A stretch of DNA of 64,000 nucleotides from Anthoceros angustus (taxonomy: Eukaryota > Plantae > Anthocerotophyta). Numbering within the stretch: position 1 is the first letter of the stretch; every line of letters starts with the position of its first letter. This document shows positions 48,284-59,914 of this stretch, in pieces. The translations under genes and the position numbers were made by a program. Below the pieces are notes generated by a model. That model did not search any database. It saw nothing but the letters and a program-made list of their open reading frames with translations, and was not told the DNA's origin. The DNA is taken from contig VJWM01000044.1 in NCBI GenBank assembly GCA_010909165.1, forward strand, positions 2,232,001-2,296,000, read 5' to 3'.

Positions 48284-51200
48284 CGCTGAGCCAATGTACG
48301 TCATATATACATACATGCATGGTCCCTTCTGTAACTGCAACACTGTATGAATCTACCGTTGCAATACAGCCGCGTGCCCCTCAGAAGAATCCCAGATCTC
48401 CGTCCTCTACCTCTCCCCGATTCCCCCCCGCGATCCGTCCAGATCCTGGCCGCTCCCGGTTAGGACTCCGCGGTTTGGAAACCGGGCCACTGACGCGTGC
48501 CGCCCACAACGTCTTGTGTCCGCTGCCTCCCACCTACCGTGTCACCAACTTCCGGCAGCCGGAGGTGACCAGTCGCGACGCCGTCGGGACAGGGCCGGTT
48601 TCGCCGTGGCGAAACTCTCCACTCTCCACTCTCCTCTGCCTTGCCGTTTCGAGATCTTATCCGGAAGCGAGACAAGAGCCGGTTGCTGACCAGGACGAGC
48701 ATGTAACGGACTCCGATTTGTAAGCGACAGCACTTGGAAATCGAAGATCGAGGTCGTGATTCGTGAGTCGTAATCGTAACAAATTGTGGTGTTTAATGAT
48801 ACTGATGACGCTGTCCGCGAGATAACCGTGTGATGCTTGTTTGTTTTGTAAGATGTCGCCCTTGGATTCATTTTATACGAAGAAGGGAAGAGGCGGGGCG
48901 TGGAGTTGATAGCCTATGGGGTGGGAAGTGGCGAAACCAGGCGAAACTCCGTTTTACTAGGCATGTTTTTGATGGCTGTGGACGTGACTGCGGCAGCCGC
49001 ATTGGAGGGCTTGCTGCTGGGAGGTGATGCCCGGGCCCCGGCCAAGCTGGAGGGAAAATCCGCGCGCGGCCATTGGCGGCTTCCAGCGGGAGCTCGGGCG
49101 ACGGGAGGGCGGGGTAGCGAATTTGCTTCGGGGTCGCGAGGGCGTGGTGTGGTGTGGTAGTGTCGGAGGGAGGTAGATAGGAGCTGGAATGGCTTGCGCC
49201 GCGGCTGCTCTGCGCGCGGGTGTGGCAGTGGCAGTGGCAGGGGAGCACGGCAGAGCGGCAGCAGCGGGGGAGCTGCACAGCTCCCGCAATGGCGTCGGGG
49301 CCCGGCAGGCTAGGATCATGGCTGCCAGGCCTGCGGCAGGCAGCACGGACGGCAGAGCTGCGACACGGCGCCTGTCCGTCAGAGCTGGCAATGCCAAGAT
49401 TCGCAAGGGGAAGAAGAGCGAGGAGACGGAGTACCCCTGGCCTGACAAATTGAGCTCCAGCGAGGAAGGCTCGCTCACCTTCCTCTCGCGCTTCAAGCCG
49501 CTCCAGAACCCGCCGAAGCCGGTCACTCTGCCGTTCGAGCGGCCTCTGGTGGACCTGGCTAATAAGATTGACGAGGTGCGAGGCGTCAGGTTTTGCGGAG
49601 GTGGAGATCGGGGATGGATCTGTGGTGTGGCTGACTGTGTGTGGTGAATTGGAGTTGCAGGTGCGGGAGCTTGCGAATAAAACGGGGATGGATTTTAGTG
49701 AGCAGATTAAGGAGCTGGAGCAGAAGTATGACCAGGTTAGAGCTGTTGGAATGGGATCTTGTTCATGTTATGTGCGTCTGGCGGAGGCGGCTTCTCATAT
49801 CCATCCTGCTGATCGGTTTTGTGCGCAACAGGTTCGTCGGGATTTGTACTCGCAGCTGACACCGGTCCAGCGTTTAAGTGTTGCGAGGCATCCAAACAGA
49901 CCTACGTTTTTGGATCATGTTTTGAACATGACGGACAAGGTGGATCTCGCTGCTTGAGCTTTCGCATTTTCAGCTTTCACTCTTGTGGTTTGGATTATCT
50001 TGAGCATGTTTCTGTCTGCTGTGCTCAGTGGTTGGAGCTTCATGGGGACAGAGGTGGTTATGACGATCCAGCTCTGGTTTGCAGGATCGGGAAGATGGAA
50101 GGGATGAGCTTCATGTTCATAGGCCACCAAAAGGCCTCTGGCAGCTTACTTGCCACAGTTGACCAGCTCCTTGGTGCGAATGACAGCCAATGCCCCAAGC
50201 GCAGTTGTGCGAGCCAAGTCTGCCTCGGCCTTGAGCATGCTCCTCGGGAGATCCAAAGCCTCAGTGTCTGACGCTGAGCCAATGTACGTCATATATACAT
50301 ACATGCATGGTCCCTTCTGTAACTGCAACACTGTATGAATCTACCGTTGCAATACAGCCGCGTGCCCCTCAGAAGAATCCCAGATCTCCGTCCTCTACCT
50401 CCCGATTCCCCCGCGATCCGTCCAGATCCTGGCCGCTCCCGGTTAGGACTCCGCGGTTTGGAAACCGGGCCACTGACGCGTGCCGCCCACAACGTCTTGT
50501 GTCCGCTGCCTCCCACCTACCGTGTCACCAACTTCCGGCAGCCGGAGGTGACCAGTCGCGACGCCGTCGGGACAGGGCCGGTTTCGCCGTGGCGAAACTC
50601 TCCACTCCACTCTCCTCTGCCTTGCCGTTTCGAGATCTTATCCGGAAGCGAGACAAGAGCCGGTTGCTGACCAGGACGAGCATGTAACGGACCTGATTTG
50701 TAAGCGACAGCACTTGGAAATCGAAGATCGAGGTCGTGATTCGTGAGTCGTAATCGTAACAAATTGTGGTGTTTAATGATACTGATGACGCTGTCCGCGA
50801 GATAACCGTGTGATGCTTGTTTGTTTTGTAAGATGTCGCCCTTGGATTCATTTTATACGAAGAAGGGAAGAGGCGGGGCGTGGGAGTTGATAGCCTATGG
50901 GGTGGGAAGTGGCGAAACCAGGCGAAACTCCGTTTTACTAGGCATGTTTCTTGATGGCTGTGGGACGTGACTGCGGCAGCCGCATTGGAGGGCTTGCTGC
51001 TGGGAGGTGATGCCCGGGCCCCGGCCAAGCTGGAGGGAAAATCCGCGCGCGGCCATTGGCGGCTTCCAGCGGGAGCTCGGGCGACGGGAGGGCGGGGTAG
51101 CGAATTTGCTTCGGGGTCGCGAGGGCGTGGTGTGGTGTGGTAGTGTCGGAGGGAGGTAGATAGGAGCTGGAATGGCTTGCGCCGCGGCTGCTCTGCGCGC

Positions 51201-52100
51201 GGGTGGCAGTGGCAGTGGCAGGGGAGCACGGCAGAGCGGCAGCAGGGGAGCTGCACAGCCCCGCAATGGCGTCGGGGCCCGGCAGGCTAGGATCATGGCT
51301 GCCAGGCCTGCGGCAGGCAGCACGGACGGCAGAGCTGCGACACGGCGCCTGTCCGTCAGAGCTGGCAATGCCAAGATTCGCAAGGGAAGAAGAGCGAGGA
51401 GACGGAGTACCCCTGGCCTGACAAATTGAGCTCCAGCGAGGAAGGCTCGCTCACCTTCCTCTCGCGCCTGCCGCTCCAGAACCCGCCGAAGCCGGTCACT
51501 CTGCCGTTCGAGCGGCCTCTGGTGGACCTGGCTAATAAGATTGACGAGTGCGAGGCGTCAGGTTTTGCGGAGGTGGAGATCGGGGATGGATCTGTGGTGT
51601 GGCTGACTGTGTGGTGAATTGGAGTTGCAGGTGCGGAGCTTGAATAAAACGGGATGGATTTTAGTGAGCAGATTAAGGAGCTGGAGCAGAAGTATGACCA
51701 GGTTAGAGCTGTTGGAATGGGATCTTGTTCATGTTATGTGCGTCTGGCGGAGGCGGCTTCTCATATCCATCCTGCTGATCGGTTTTGTGCGCAACAGGTT
51801 CGTCGGGATTTGTACTCGCAGCTGACACCGGTCCAGCGTTTAAGTGTTGCGAGGCATCCAAACAGACCTACGTTTTTGGATCATGTTTTGAACATGACGG
51901 ACAAGGTGGATCTCGCTGCTTGAGCTTTCGCATTTTCAGCTTTCACTCTTGTGGTTTGGATTATCTTGAGCATGTTTCTGTCTGCTGTGCTCAGTGGTTG
52001 GAGCTTCATGGGGACAGAGGTGGTTATGACGATCCAGCTCTGGTTTGCGGGATCGGGAAGATGGAAGGGATGAGCTTCATGTTCATAGGCCACCAAAAGG
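48139..52100. repeat. ~1.98 kb direct tandem duplication (SGR6 3' end + CAC3 5' half)
   Basis: The 7-bp CAAAAGG occurs at 48139, 50128 (junction) and 52094. The second copy carries many 1-4 bp deletions. Confidence 0.93.
49189..50134 (+). pseudogene. CAC3: First, truncated copy of CAC3 (intact exon 1; fused at IGHQK to the SGR6 3' end)
   Basis: Transit peptide, [29 protein letters not shown] and FIGHQK, followed by SGR6 sequence. Confidence 0.7.
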
Positions 52101-53622
52101 GCCGTAATACCAAGGAGAATATCTACCGAAATTTTGCTATGCCTACACCTAACGGGTGAGGCACCCGCATATTCGACTTTTGCTTCTGTGAACATCGAGT
52201 CGTCGTGTCTCATGCACACTAGAGGTGATACCAGTACTTGTCCTAATGTCTGAGATGATCGTTTTGCGACTGAGTGCAGCTACCGGAAGGCTTTACGATT
52301 GATGAGGCATGCTGACCATCACGGTTTCCCCATCTTGACCTTTATTGACACCCCTGGGGCATATGCTGGTCTTACAGCTGAGGAGCTTGGGCAGGTAAGT
52401 CTGTTTTGGCTTAAGGTCTCATAAGAGGAGAAAGGACAATCATGTCCGCAATCAATGCAGTCGCTGATTCTAGTTAAGATGGTGTTCATGATAAGTTTCT
52501 GAGCTCCTTCTTGATGCTCACCAGGGTGAGGCGATAGCTCACAATCTGAGAGAAATGTTTGGTCTTAAAGTCCCTATTATTACCACAGTGATAGGAGAGG
52601 GCGGGTCAGGGGGTGCTCTGGCCATCGGCTGCTGCGACAAGATGCTAATGCTGGAGAATGCGGTCTACTATGTTGCCAGGTACTGTCTCTTTTGTGTGCT
52701 CAATATGCATCTAGGTGAGCGATGTAGGGACAGAGGCTGTAGATCCATTTGGTTTGCTGGGGATTTTGAGTTGTATCTGGAAGTACGGCTTCAGTTACCC
52801 TTGATGAATGTTTGCTGCAGCCCTGAAGCTTGTGCGGCGATTCTCTGGAAGACTGCAGATGCTGCACCACAGGTACTTGAAGGCTCCAGCCCTTTTCCTC
52901 ACGCCTGTCCAGGGTTCTTGCAAGATTGATCTCAAGCAATTCTCATCCATTGATCTCGAATGGGTACCCTACGCAGGCCACGGAGGCATTGCGCATTACT
53001 AGTCATGAGCTTGCCAAGTTGGACATTGTAGACGAGGTCATCCCTGTAAGTGCCAAACTTCGAAATGTTAACTTTGCTACAGGTTTATCGTGAGGTGACT
53101 ACGGTATGAACTAAACTGTGTGTTCTTTTCTAGGAGCCTCTCGGTGGTGCCCATTCTGACCCCATTTCGACGTCAAAGGCTCTCAAGGCTGTCATCATGC
53201 GGCACATGCACGTGAGTTTCTTATTTGTGATGCTCAGTATGGAAAGTTTCCAAATGCCGTCATTGTGCCTTGTTTGACTGGTTACGATACGGCAGGAACT
53301 CTTGAAAGCGGACCCTGAGACACTGATGAGTCAACGAGTCGGTAAGTTCCGGAAAATGGGAGCGTTCGACGAAGGAGAGCCTGCAGATCCTCACATCAAG
53401 AGAAACATGAAGAAATCAGACATTGCAACAGAGGAGAACAACGAGAGCAAGTCATTACCTAATGGTTCTGCCCAGGTCCCGACTGAGAGTTCCGCTCCCC
53501 TGACCTCCTCCGCCTCTGATCCAACGGAGTCTGTCATTGCGATAACCTCATCGTCTAAGTACACAAGTGAGAGCTCGTTGTCTTTGAATTCTGTGAGCGG
53601 AGCCAATCACGCAGCCGACTAG
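51172..53622 (+). CDS. CAC3: Plastid heteromeric acetyl-CoA carboxylase carboxyltransferase alpha subunit; apparent frameshifts in the first exons of this copy
   Basis: [23 protein letters not shown]|[24 protein letters not shown]|[39 protein letters not shown]. Confidence 0.9.
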
Positions 53623-53981
53623 AACAGTCGGGCATGCTATTCTGCATGACTTCTTCAGACTGCGATCTTCGCTTGTGTTCCTCTGATGAAATTGGAGGAC
53701 TGTAATCTAGTAGCAATGGAATACACAACTGTGCAACCATTTGTTTTAGTGATAAATAAATCTGATGGAAACATGAAAAGTTAACAAAGGATAACGTAGC
53801 AGAAATGATTCGTCAAATCCTGCTGGATCGTATGGAATACGGTCGGATTCGTTCGCAAATCAAATCAAGGATCCCTCTCCTACGCAGAGCAGTGGCGGTA
53901 GTTTCTTGTCTGCAACATTTCAAACCCTCAAGTAAGGTGAAACGTTTGACTACCAGAACAATGGCCAGTTTCTCGTCGTTC

Positions 53982-54530
53982 TCACAGTCCCTTACAACTG
54001 CAAAAACCAGCTGCAAATCGATGCACACGAGATCCATCCCTTACAACGATGTCTCTGTTTTCAACCCTAGACATGATCTCAGTCGACCTGTCGCACTCAC
54101 TGCACATTAGTACATTCTTCGTTACCACCAGCTTGGAGTGTTCAAGAGACCATACGCCAACGCTAGCTTCTCAGCGTGCCCGCAAAGCGCATCTTCCTTG
54201 TCCTTCTCAGACAGTTGCTCAACACCAACTTGGTGTGTGGTACGTGCCCCCCTTCTTTCTTCAGACGTGCCCTCATGGTCTCTACCTTGAGGGACACATC
54301 TTTTCTGCTTTCTCCCACCACAAACGTATGTACCTGCTCCTCACCTCAATGCCTGCTACTCCAGGTTTCATCCTAGCTCCTGTTACCTCTCTCCTTTTTT
54401 CAATCCTCTCAACATCTGCCCACCTACCTGCATCTGTATAGACATTTGCCATGAGCACAGATGCGGATGACCCCTGAGGCATCTTCCAGTTCGCCACACT
54501 TTGCATACTTGCATACTTCGCCACTAGCAG
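53982..54530 (-). pseudogene. Relic PLS-class PPR gene with E-DYW:KP domain (U-to-C editing-factor type)
   Basis: Manual translation across frameshifts: YAKCGELEDA / VLMANVYTDAGRWADVERIE..RMKPGVAGIEV / VHTFVVGE..GGHVPHTKLVL / LSEKDKEDALCGHAEKLALAYGLLNTP / LVVTKNVLMCSECDRSTEIMSRVENRDIVVRDGSRVHRFAAGFCSCKGL*. Confidence 0.88.
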
Positions 54531-55229
54531 TCCTCTTACTCACAGATTGTGGAAGCATGATCCAGACATCAAGGAATGCATCAGGGATAAAGGTGGGTTG
54601 TTGGGAAGGGAAGGATCAAGCAAGCCGGATTGTGGAAATCTACACAACACTCCACGGCATATCAACGCTGGCTACTATTTACAGCCTTCGATGGCATATA
54701 CGGGAGGACGATTTAAAGTGGATCCGGGACCATTATCATACACTCCGCTCGAAGTCTCGATTTGGGTTGGCGAGGAAATTGACATTCCTTTGAGTACTAA
54801 GTGGGGAGTGAATGACCAAAGACATATCGAAGACGCACATCTATATTATTTATATAGAATACCTATACTATTTTCAGTTTTCTTAATTAGTGTAGTATTC
54901 TCCCATATGGGAGACGAGCCCACTAAACACAGTGAGTGAGATCCTCAGTAAGTATACACAGCTATTTTTTAAACGGTAAATGGATTAGGGTCAACAGCCT
55001 GATGGAAAAGCGAGTGGATGGGCACATGCCCGGCTGGACGTGGACTGCTCGGTTCGATAGATCGTCTGGCATATGTTTGTTCCACCGTTTCGTGGAAAAC
55101 CAGCCTTAGACATCACAGCTTTTCTCGACTGCAGGCAAAGAAAGAGAGACAATAGCATGCTGTATTCTATATTTCACTAGCAGAAAAGAATGGCTATGAA
55201 CAATTTCATGGCCCGGCAGCGGCAGCACA

Positions 55230-56310
55230 TTCCAAGAGGCAAAGAATTGAGTTCGTCATCGGACACTCCCGTATATTGAGCACACCAGCCTTCGAGCATC
55301 ATCCAAAAGTGCCCACACGTCCAGATGCCCAGCCATGTCATCGCACTGTTTGAGCATGTCATCCATACTTCGACAATACTCGAGAATATGTTTCTTCTTG
55401 TTCCGCACCGCCGCAGCTATGGTGCAGAGGAGCAGATCACTGGAAGCCGGTGTCCTCGACTTTGAGCAAACATTTGCCTCAGAATTCCTTCGCAAGACCG
55501 CCCAGTCTGCCCAAATCACCTCCCACAAACCCAGGCTTTGCTCAAAAGTAAGCTCCCTGCGAAGAAGAACCAGGATCATCCGGTACACGAATGTGCAGTC
55601 CTCCGACCTTATCCTCACCAAGTGCTCATACAGCTCTGGATCTCCAGCTTTCAGAATGCGCGCTTCACCAGATCCAACTGCCATTGTATTCCAGTCCCAT
55701 CCATCCTGAAATCATGCCGAGCAGCGTGCATGAATCCAGTCGGTTGCTGCTCTCAGTTCCAGTCCGAGAGCAAGACGGACATGCCGAACAGCAAGCACAC
55801 GTGCCGACATAGCCAGCACCACGGGCTGGGCGACCACATGTTGGCTAGCAGGCTCGGGCACAGGCACAGCACCGGGCTCACCGCCAGCACCACCGCGTAT
55901 AAACACATGACTCGATCGCCCCCGGCTTCGTCTTCGCCTTCGTCTTCGGCGATCGTGCCTGCTTCGCTGGTCTGAGTTGTCTTGCGGCCCGGAAGCAGAA
56001 GACAGAAGTGGTGGGCTCTCAAGAGAGAATGAGAGACTTACTCGGGCTTCACCTTTACTTTACTGGTGGTCTGAAAAATATATATTAGCTTCACTTTCAG
56101 CGGGCATATATAGGGCAACGCTAGTTTGGCTGGATGGGGTGTCCTCGGACGAAACCTCACCCCCATATTGTGACCCACGAAAAGCACAACATCTGCTATA
56201 AAAAAGAAAACATCTATTCCATTCGTTTCATTCTTTCCTGCCCTGCGAGGCGGAGCAGCGACCACCTCCAGCGATGCCGCCTCCCCTGGCCTCGGCTTCA
56301 CACACACTCG
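55230..56310 (-). pseudogene. Diverged, internally deleted duplicate of the TBC RabGAP locus (C-terminal CDS + uORF + leader/promoter)
   Basis: 55230-55735 matches 57715-58215; 55752-55990 matches 59504-59720; 56000-56310 loosely matches 59745-59950. About 1.3 kb of core CDS is absent. Confidence 0.88.
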
Positions 56311-57740
56311 GGAGCTCCATGTGGCTGGGGTCTTTAAGGCTTTCACAGTCATGAGAAGGGAGGAATGAAATAGGGTATTGTTACGCAATGCGCTCCAATT
56401 CATGACCAGCAACTAGCCGCCGCGCTCATCACAACAGCTTGTCAGCGAGGGTGACAAGCCTCTGGTGCATGGAGTCGAATTCCGCTTGAAGACGTTTCCG
56501 CGCGCTGCTGGAACCTCCACACCATCTCCTGTGATGAGCAAACAAGTTAGTCTGGAGGGAAAAGTAATGTACCAAGTCTTTTTTGTGAATCGCACCCGCA
56601 CAAGACCGCGCAGGCGAGTACATGCTCGCAAAATGTCTACCGACGACCTCGATTGCGGCACATTCGCACGCCGTCGTCAGTCCATGGACCAAAGACTGCG
56701 CGCGCAGCTTGTTACCAGGTACTGTAACAACCTAGCGGTCAAGATGTGTAGGTGATGAAACGATCCGGCGCCGTTCGAATGCTTTCAGGTGGATACGACC
56801 TAAGAGTTTGCAGCAAGATTGACCTAAGCCATCCCTTCGGTGCCTCACAGGGGATGATGACGCCTGACCTGGTGAACGTGACCAGTTCATTTCAACATCA
56901 CTTCCACCTTCATCCTCCTAAAGCTTTGATACGGCATCCCCCATGAAAAGTGTTCCAAGTGGTTTGGATCCAAGCTGCCCACTGCCTGCAACAGACCTAA
57001 TCAGGCCATGCCTGGGAAGCAGCCTTTCCCTGAACCGGGTTTGCAAGACGAGCAGAGACTTTCTAGAAACGAGTGCCTCGTGCACCAAGTCATCACCTCC
57101 AGATGCTGCCAAATCCAAGACATTTTGAGATCAACGAAAGCAAATCCATCCTCAACTAGGATTGGCAGCACTCTAAAACAATTCAAAGACAGCTTCCAAC
57201 AGTTGGTGAACCTCGTATGTACAGTGTTGGCGAGTAGGAGTCAAGTAGAGGAGCCTCCAGCGCTTCCAGTACGTTAGCCAGGCCCTTTCAGTTTCACATT
57301 GGCTTTAACTGTAGATGTACTTCAACCTCGAACTGTCTGGGAGAGGACGTTATTAAGGATGACCGCAGAAAATCGATTTGCATCCACTGACCTAATCGTC
57401 CTTGAGGGAATGTGCTACGACCAACACCACATAATCATAAACTTTCCCAGCATAAGCACCTGATGAAATTGAAGGACTCTAATCAAGTAGCAGTGGAATA
57501 CACAATGCCATTCTATTTCAGTGGCATAAAAGAATGACTAGAACAACACAATGACAAGAAACCGACACAATTGTGACAGCCAAATGCAACCAAGTTATCT
57601 GGAAGACTCCGAAGCGTGCAGCTGGGTGCACCGTCAATTTTTATTCAAGTGAGCACCATAATTTGAAGGAAAGAATGCCCCATAGCTATGTACAAACTCA
57701 TGCTCCGACAACACATTCGAAGGGCAAAGAATTGAGTTCG

Positions 57741-59395
57741 TCATCGGACACTCCCGTGTATTGAGCGCACCAGCCCTCGGGCATCATCTAAAAGTGCCCA
57801 TACGTCCAGATGCCCAGCCATGTCATTGCACTCTTTGAGCATGTCATCCATACCTCGACAATACTCGAGAATATGTTTCTTCTTGTTCCGCACAGCCGCA
57901 GCTATGGTGTAGAGGAGCAGATCACTGGAAGCCGGTGTCCTCGACTTTGAGCCCACATTTGCCTCAGAATTCCTTCGCAGGACCGCCCAGTCTGCCCAAA
58001 TCACCTCCCACAAACCCAGGCTTTGCTCAAACGTAAGCTCCCTGCGAAGAAAAACCAGTATCATCCGGTAAACGAATGTGCAGTCCTCCGACCTTATCCT
58101 CACCAAGTGCTCATAAAGCTCTGGATCTCCCGCTTTCAGAATGCGCGCAACCAGATCCAACTGCCGTTGTATTCCAGTCTCATCCATCCTGAAATTAAGG
58201 CGAGCAGCTTGCATGAAGTTAACAAAACACCAAAAGGCTTCGAAGTCATCATCAATGAGTGCCACGAAAGGGGCCAATAAGTCACTCATGCCCTGGCAAT
58301 ACCCTGTTTCCGAATCGTGAAGCGTGTAAGCCTCCACAATCGCAACCAGCCGTGCACCAAAAAGCTTCCGAGCTGCATCCAAATGCTCCGTGTCTTTCAA
58401 CTGCACTGCGTCAGCCAACACATCAGCCATGTCCTGGGTGGCACTTGCTGCCGAGGGGGAGAAGGGAACCCAGTCGGAATTCATCCGGATGGCATCCAGA
58501 CGAATAATCCGCTGCCATGTACCAAAATCCTCCAAAGCCTGCGCGGTATTCACCACCCACTTGGGATCGTGCTCCCCTAGCACGTCCAGATTCCTAGCAA
58601 GAGTCTCCTCACGCTCGCTCCTTTTGGGCTGTTCAACAACGTCATCCACGCCAGCATCCACCCTAGCATCGTTAACGCTGCTTCCCCCCAACAACTCGCT
58701 ATCTCCTACATGTGCTGGCTCAGACCCTTCCTCAGACCCTTCCACATGTGCTTCCTCAGACCCTTCCAATCCATCAGAAAGGGCTGCAATGCCTAGGTCA
58801 CCCTCATCGGCATGCCCAGAACCAGAACCGGGACCGGAACCTTGGCAGTCCGCCTTGGGCTCACTCTTACCGGCACCGCAGCTGAAGCTGTCCGCCAAAC
58901 ACTGCTGAGCCACCGCACAGAGCTCCCGCAACTTCAGAAACTGCTCCTTCTTCCGCTCCTTCTCCGCGTCCCTCTCCTCCCGAGTGCTGGAAAAATCATA
59001 TACACCAAGCACAAAAGGCCACACCTCCGCCCTAATCCTATGCTCTACGCCCCCCTTCCGCACCACGTCGATCACCTTCTCCCCCCCGTCCGGCGCCGCC
59101 CCAGCACGGGATCAAACGCCTCCCGCCACTGCAGCAGCGAAAGCGGCTCGTGCCTCCTTCTCCTCGCCCACGGCGGCCGGAACCTCCGGCTTGGGAACAG
59201 AAACTCCCCGTTCCCGGTGGCGTACGCCAAAACCACGACCGCCACGGCGGCCACGCTCACTCCCACCGCCACCGCCGAGGCGGAGCGCAGCGCGCCGGAT
59301 GCGGCCGAGGAAGTCATGTGCTCGAATGCGCCCCCGGTCACCCCATTCACCGCCTCCACCGCCCTTGCCAGAAAGAAATTGCTCTGGAAGGACAT
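57741..59395 (-). CDS. TBC-domain Rab GTPase-activating protein with N-terminal TM, intronless; one 1-nt frameshift near 59095
   Basis: PWARRRRHEPLSLLQWREAFD joins DGGEKV..GGVEHRIRAEVWPFVLG; IIRLDAIR (Arg finger), YCQGMSDL (Gln finger), LWEVIWAD. Confidence 0.88.
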
Positions 59396-59504
59396 GGAAC
59401 CTGACCGAATTCAGACACCATTCCAACACACATTCACCCGGCTCCCTCGGCCCCGCCCCCTATCATCGAAGCCAGCCGCCGGCAGAGCTTCCGCGAACCT
59501 GCAC

Positions 59505-59657
59505 TCAGTTCCAGTCCGAGAACAAGACGGACATGCCGAACAGCAAGCACACGTGCCGGCACAGCCAGCACCACGGGCTGGGCGACCACAGATCCAGCAG
59601 GCTCGGGCACAGGCACAGCACCGGGCTCACCGCCAGCGCCACCGCGTACAAGCACAT
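59505..59657 (-). CDS. Candidate 50-aa peptide uORF upstream of the TBC gene
   Basis: MCLYAVALAVSPVLCLCPSLLDLWSPSPWCWLCRHVCLLFGMSVLFSDWN* ends 110 nt before the main ATG, in a different frame. It is still open in the paralogous copy at 55753-55908. Confidence 0.5.
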   Translation of the reverse strand: MCLYAVALAVSPVLCLCPSLLDLWSPSPWCWLCRHVCLLFGMSVLFSDWN

Positions 59658-59914
59658 GACTCGATCGCCCCGGGCTTCGCTTTCGCCGATCGTATCTGCT
59701 TCTCGTGCCTCCTCGCGCGAGGGACGGGCCCGGGAGGAGAAGAGGGAATGGGCTGGGCTCTCAAGAGAGTCTGTGAGAGACTGCCAGCGTCTGTTTCGCC
59801 GGGCATATATACGGAACGCCAATTTGGGCGGACGGAGTGTGTTCGGGCGAAACTCCATTTCTTGGTTCATTCTATCCTGCTCTCTGCGAGGCGTAGCAGC
59901 GGCCATCTCCGGCG

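Noticed and set aside
47830-48723. 297-aa ORF extending past SGR6
   Set aside because: Read-through of a GC-AG intron into the wrong frame and the 3' UTR.
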